Under the pieces are notes generated by a model. That model saw nothing but the letters and a program-made list of their open reading frames with translations, did not search any database and was not told the origin of the DNA. Both the position numbers and the translations under genes were made by a program. 64,000 nt of DNA from an uncultured delta proteobacterium. Lineage in GTDB: Bacteria > Desulfobacterota > Binatia > UBA9968. The number at the start of each line of letters is the position of its first letter. The stretch's first letter is position 1. Below are positions 60,406-64,000 of this stretch, in pieces. The DNA lies in the NCBI GenBank assembly GCA_963737905.1, contig CAVTUQ010000038.1, forward strand, positions 1-64,000, written 5' to 3'.

Positions 60406-61167
60406 TTAGGAATTCAAAATCTGTAGTACCTGAGGATGCAGCGCCTTATTTGCCGCGACACAGGAATTGCCTTGGGATGCGTCGGTCCCAGACCATGTCG
60501 TAATCACGCCGTTTGCCCCTTGTATGACGGGAACCAACGGCAGGATATCCCATGGCTTCATCATGGGATCGAGCATGATGTCCGCCCCGCCGGAGGCAAC
60601 CAACAAATAGCCGTAACAATCCCCCCACGTGCGAAACAAGCGCGTCCGCCTCACCAGTTCTTCGAAGCCGTTTCTTTTATGGTTCCCGATATTTGCAATA
60701 TCGGTTGTTAGAAGCATTGCTTCGGATAAATGATCGATCTCTCGCAGCCGCACGATCCGACCGTTTATCGTGGTCTCCGTATTATTCCCGATACACAACT
60801 GACTGAGCACAGGATGGTGAATGGCGCCCAAAATGGGTGTCCCGCCGTGGAGCAGGCCAATCAGAGTTCCGAATAGCGGGCACCCTCTGGCAAATGAGAT
60901 AGTCCCGTCTATGGGATCCAGTGTCCAGACAAATTCCGCTGAGGCATTCTCTGGCCCAAATTCCTCGCCGAGAATTCCATGCTGCGGATACCTCTTCCGG
61001 ATCAGGTCGCGCATCACAGCTTCAGCCTGTCGATCGGCCTGAGTGACGAGGGTTTGGTCTTCCTTGATTTCTATCGCGAGGTCAGCTCTAGCAAAATAGG
61101 GTTTGATGACCTTGCCGCTTTTTTCCGCCAGTGTACAGATGAACTCAGTAAATTCTTTCGTTTGCAA
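60406..61167 (-). CDS. hisN: Histidinol-phosphatase, inositol monophosphatase family
   Basis: VTQADRQAE, GEEFG, WTLDPIDGTISF..PLFGTLI, WGDCYGY, WD. Confidence 0.75.
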   Translation of the reverse strand: MQTKEFTEFICTLAEKSGKVIKPYFARADLAIEIKEDQTLVTQADRQAEAVMRDLIRKRYPQHGILGEEFGPENASAEFVWTLDPIDGTISFARGCPLFGTLIGLLHGGTPILGAIHHPVLSQLCIGNNTETTINGRIVRLREIDHLSEAMLLTTDIANIGNHKRNGFEELVRRTRLFRTWGDCYGYLLVASGGADIMLDPMMKPWDILPLVPVIQGANGVITTWSGTDASQGNSCVAANKALHPQVLQILNS

Positions 61168-61278
61168 AAGGAAGCCCCAGAAAAATCCTGATGGCGGCAG
61201 GCCAAGCGAAAGGCAGCCTCAGTGCGGCATCTGGCTCCCCATACTTTCGCGGGACAGTGTTTCTGCCCGGATCGGGAG

Positions 61279-61995
61279 TCAATTTCGACGGCCGCCAAGC
61301 ACCCTTAGAAGCATCAGAAACAAGTTAATGAAGTTAAGATAGAGAGAGAGGGCACCGACGACGGCATACGAACCCACGCGGTCTTCCGGCACCGTCACGG
61401 CCATCTGTTTGAGGCGCTGTGCGTCCCACGCCGTCAATCCTGTGAACACGATCACGCCGATAACGGTGATAAGGAATTGCAGAGCATCGTTGTGCCAGAA
61501 CATCCCGACGATCGAGGCGAGTATAAGACCGATCAATCCCATGAAAAAGAATTGCCCGGCGCCGGCCAGGCTGCGCTCGGTTGTCGAGCCATAGAGGGCC
61601 ATCGCACCGAACATGCCGGCGGTTACCAGGAAGGTGGTCCCAATGGACTCTCCCGTATAGAGTAAGAGGATGAAAGAGAAGATCACGCCATTCAACGCGG
61701 CGTAGACAAGGAAGAGCGTCATCGCCACGTTCGGCGCGAGCGTCTGAACCCTGGCCGAAAGATAGAAGACGAGACCAAGTTGCGCCAGGATTAGACCGAA
61801 ATAAAGCAATTGATTGGAGAAGATGTGCTGAACAAGCGCCGGCGAGCCCGCCACCGTAGACGCGACGACTGCGGTGACCGCAAGGCCGGCAAACATCCAG
61901 CCGTAGACTTTCCGAAGAAAGGCAGTAACACGCTCGGCCGAGGCCTCGGCCGTTGTCGGAAATGCCGAAGATGATCGCATATCAAACTGTGCCAT
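61279..61995 (-). CDS. Bax inhibitor-1/YccA family membrane protein
   Basis: FLRKVYGWM, FTGLTAWDAQRLK, GALSLYLNFINLF. Confidence 0.9.
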   Translation of the reverse strand: MAQFDMRSSSAFPTTAEASAERVTAFLRKVYGWMFAGLAVTAVVASTVAGSPALVQHIFSNQLLYFGLILAQLGLVFYLSARVQTLAPNVAMTLFLVYAALNGVIFSFILLLYTGESIGTTFLVTAGMFGAMALYGSTTERSLAGAGQFFFMGLIGLILASIVGMFWHNDALQFLITVIGVIVFTGLTAWDAQRLKQMAVTVPEDRVGSYAVVGALSLYLNFINLFLMLLRVLGGRRN

Positions 61996-62148
61996 CTCAA
62001 ACCCTCCTTTTTGAAGGTGCAATGTACCCTACGTTGCACTCAACCAAGGAACGAACAACCGATATGAAAGATGCCTAGCACAGGATCACTGCTGGAACAA
62101 GCATGGCGTCCAACTCCACCTCTGCGAGCTCTCACGGGACGAGGTGTG

Positions 62149-63321
62149 TCATGTCGTATAGTAAGCGTTTTCCTTTATGTAGCCCTCCGTCAGATCGCAG
62201 CCCCAAACACGGGCAGAAGCTTTGCCGATGCTGAGGTCAACACTGATCATGACTTCGGACTGGCCGAGATATTTTCGCAATTCTTCGAGGTCGCAATCCA
62301 CAGGCGAGCCTTTTTTGAAAACATGGGTGTCGCCGAAACGAATCGTTACCTTGCGAGGCTCAATGCTCGGGTCAAAACTCTTCCCCACCGCCATGATCAC
62401 GCGGCCCCAATTCGGATCGCAGCCGTAGACGGCAGTCTTTACGAGCGGCGAATTAACCACCAACTTGGCGATACGTTTCGCTTGCGCGGTAGTCTTTGCA
62501 CTGTTGACGTCGACCGTGATGAGCTTGGTAGCGCCTTCGCCGCTTCGGGCAATCTCCCGCGTCAGATATTCGCTCACTTTGAGGAGCGCAGCTTCGAACT
62601 CACGCTGATTTACGGCGCCGGCAAGACCGTTCGCCATCAGAACGACGGTGTCGCTTGTGCTCGTGTCGGTGTCGATGCTCACGGCGTTGAAGGTTCGGTC
62701 AACGACTCGTTTGAGCATCGGACTCAACGACATAGCAGGTAGTTCTGCATCCGTCATGAGGTAGACAAGCATCGTCGCCATATTGGGTTCGATCATCCCG
62801 GCACCCTTGGCTATGCCTGCGATCGTCGCCGGGCCGACTTGACAAGAAAAGTATTTCGGATATTTGTCGGTGGTCATGATCGCTTCGGCAGCGAGCTTCA
62901 AATTGTTTGGCTTGAGCTCGCTTCGAATTTCCTTTAACCCAGCGCGGATTTTTTCCATCGGCAGCGGCCGACCGATAACCCCCGTAGAAAATGGCAGGAC
63001 GTCGTAGGGGCTGATGCCCAACTCCTTGCCCGCAATGCGGCAGGTCTCAATTGCGTTGTCGAGCCCCAGCTTTCCCATCGCCACGTTGGCGTTCTTGCTG
63101 TTGATCACCAGCGCCTGCACGTAACCATTGGCGATATGCTTCCGTCCAATGATGACCGGCGCGCCGGGGAAACGGTTTTTGGTAAACATCGCCGCCGCGC
63201 GAGCGCGCACGGTGGAATAGACAACGGCGAGATCGAGCGTATCGTCTTTGATGCCGACGTTTTTGGCTAGAGACAGAAAGCCTTGAGGGTGATAAGATTG
63301 GACTGATGATGTCTGCTCCAT
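62149..63321 (-). CDS. argJ: Ornithine acetyltransferase / N-acetylglutamate synthase ArgJ
   Basis: INSKNANV, STGVIG, IMTTD, KGAGMIEPNMATML, DTDTSTSD, GEGATK, DPNWGR. Confidence 0.92.
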   Translation of the reverse strand: MEQTSSVQSYHPQGFLSLAKNVGIKDDTLDLAVVYSTVRARAAAMFTKNRFPGAPVIIGRKHIANGYVQALVINSKNANVAMGKLGLDNAIETCRIAGKELGISPYDVLPFSTGVIGRPLPMEKIRAGLKEIRSELKPNNLKLAAEAIMTTDKYPKYFSCQVGPATIAGIAKGAGMIEPNMATMLVYLMTDAELPAMSLSPMLKRVVDRTFNAVSIDTDTSTSDTVVLMANGLAGAVNQREFEAALLKVSEYLTREIARSGEGATKLITVDVNSAKTTAQAKRIAKLVVNSPLVKTAVYGCDPNWGRVIMAVGKSFDPSIEPRKVTIRFGDTHVFKKGSPVDCDLEELRKYLGQSEVMISVDLSIGKASARVWGCDLTEGYIKENAYYTT

Positions 63322-63422
63322 TTTCTTCTTGTACTCCAAAACGGATGATGGTTTGTTTGGATATTAGCACATACCGAGAGGCTAGCGGTTTAGTCACCTA
63401 AGCAATTGCTTGCATAGCTATG

Positions 63423-63886
63423 CTAAACTCCCCACGCCTTCCAGCCTGGGGGCAGGTCCTTTCCCATAAGCCGCGCATAGAGGATCCACTGTCCGTGATG
63501 GAGAGTCTCGTGCGCAAGCATGCGCATCAGGTGTTGAAAGACGCCGGCCATTTCATCTCCCCACTCGATGGTCGCATTCCAATCCACTCGCTCCACAGCC
63601 TGCACCAATTCTCGGTCCAGTGCTCGTAGATAAGCTTTTAACGCATTTTTGGAACAACCGCCTCGATAGCGCTTGTTTTTGTAGTCGAACCTGATCTTTT
63701 TACTATTCAAAGCTTCCTGGAAGCACTCCTGAAGACGGCCGACGTGGCGGAATTGCTTCCAGAAGGGCCCAACATCTGGACCGGGAATTTCGGCCTAACT
63801 CATCATCGGTGAGCGAGTCGAGAAGCTCAAGGGTTAGTCCCGCGCGTAAATTTCCATTCAGTTTTAAAGAGATCCAAGTCGGTCAT
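63423..63886 (-). CDS. DinB/YfiT-like four-helix protein (two frame breaks near 63840 and 63795)
   Basis: MTDLDLFKTEWKFTR..LELLDSLTDDEL..FWKQFRHVGR...LAHETLHHGQW. Confidence 0.65.
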
Positions 63887-64000
63887 TTGTCTTCCCGCGC
63901 TTAGCCTTTACCAGCTGCAACACCTCGACCAAACTTGCGATCGTGGCTCCCTGCCATTCCCTGGCTTCTTGATGCAACCGGCCATCATTTTTTTGTGACG
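63864..64000 (-). CDS. 3' end of a gene entering from the right edge (possibly HAD-like)
   Basis: Open frame ...EWQGATIASLVEVLQLV... overlapping next gene start. Confidence 0.3.
   Translation of the reverse strand, partial: SQKNDGRLHQEAREWQGATIASLVEVLQLVKAKRGKTNDRLGSL

Noticed and set aside
3779-62742. Long antisense or alternate-frame ORFs (e.g. 3779..4561, 32147..32845, 44919..45668, 51476..52192, 62071..62742)
   Set aside because: These are shadow ORFs of well-supported genes in GC-rich DNA, with no family motifs.
4540-63840. About a dozen frameshifted genes (ABC fusion, ATPase, grdE2, grdB2, dinB, flavodoxin, nfeD, floA, DUF502, YHYH, DinB-like) read as pseudogenes or programmed frameshifts
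   Set aside because: The breaks are scattered small indels in otherwise intact, unrelated genes with no shared slippery motif. Uncorrected long-read errors are more likely; raw reads would decide.
1-64000. CRISPR arrays, tRNA/rRNA genes (including selC), transposases, prophage
   Set aside because: No periodic repeats, cloverleaf signatures or mobile-element proteins were recognised by eye; tRNAscan-SE and CRISPR finders would confirm.

Overview
Gene-dense, moderately GC-rich bacterial chromosomal window. Gene content (many orphan NMT1/THI5- and Bug-type substrate-binding proteins, amidohydrolase_2, MmgE/PrpD, DUF3500, small 'ERVLMLAVLEDA' protein) suggests Candidatus Binatia (inference). About a dozen conserved genes have single-base frame breaks, probably long-read assembly errors. 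The main signal is selenocysteine recoding that the ORF track misses. Two divergent GrdE-like/GrdB-like modules (872-3471 minus; 8208-11270 plus) have an in-frame TGA at the Sec position, each followed by a near-identical SECIS-like hairpin. A hidden AhpC/TSA-like selenoprotein has a UPWC motif (39540-40115 minus). Both GrdE-like proteins lack the pyruvoyl-forming Cys motif, one GrdB has UxxG instead of UxxC, and no grdA/C/D is in the window, pointing to selenium-dependent reductases of unknown substrate. Other notable items: a 41-aa MetRS N-terminal fragment upstream of a divergent serS; several sigma54-type promoters; a shared C-terminal P-x-x-P-S-N-[LV]-x-V tail on two secreted proteins; an RSPP-ending leader ORF followed by a long hairpin; a leaderless DUF4160/HTH toxin-antitoxin-like pair; and a ferritin-like/cNMP/2Fe-2S operon. 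No rRNA, tRNA, CRISPR array or transposase was recognised.
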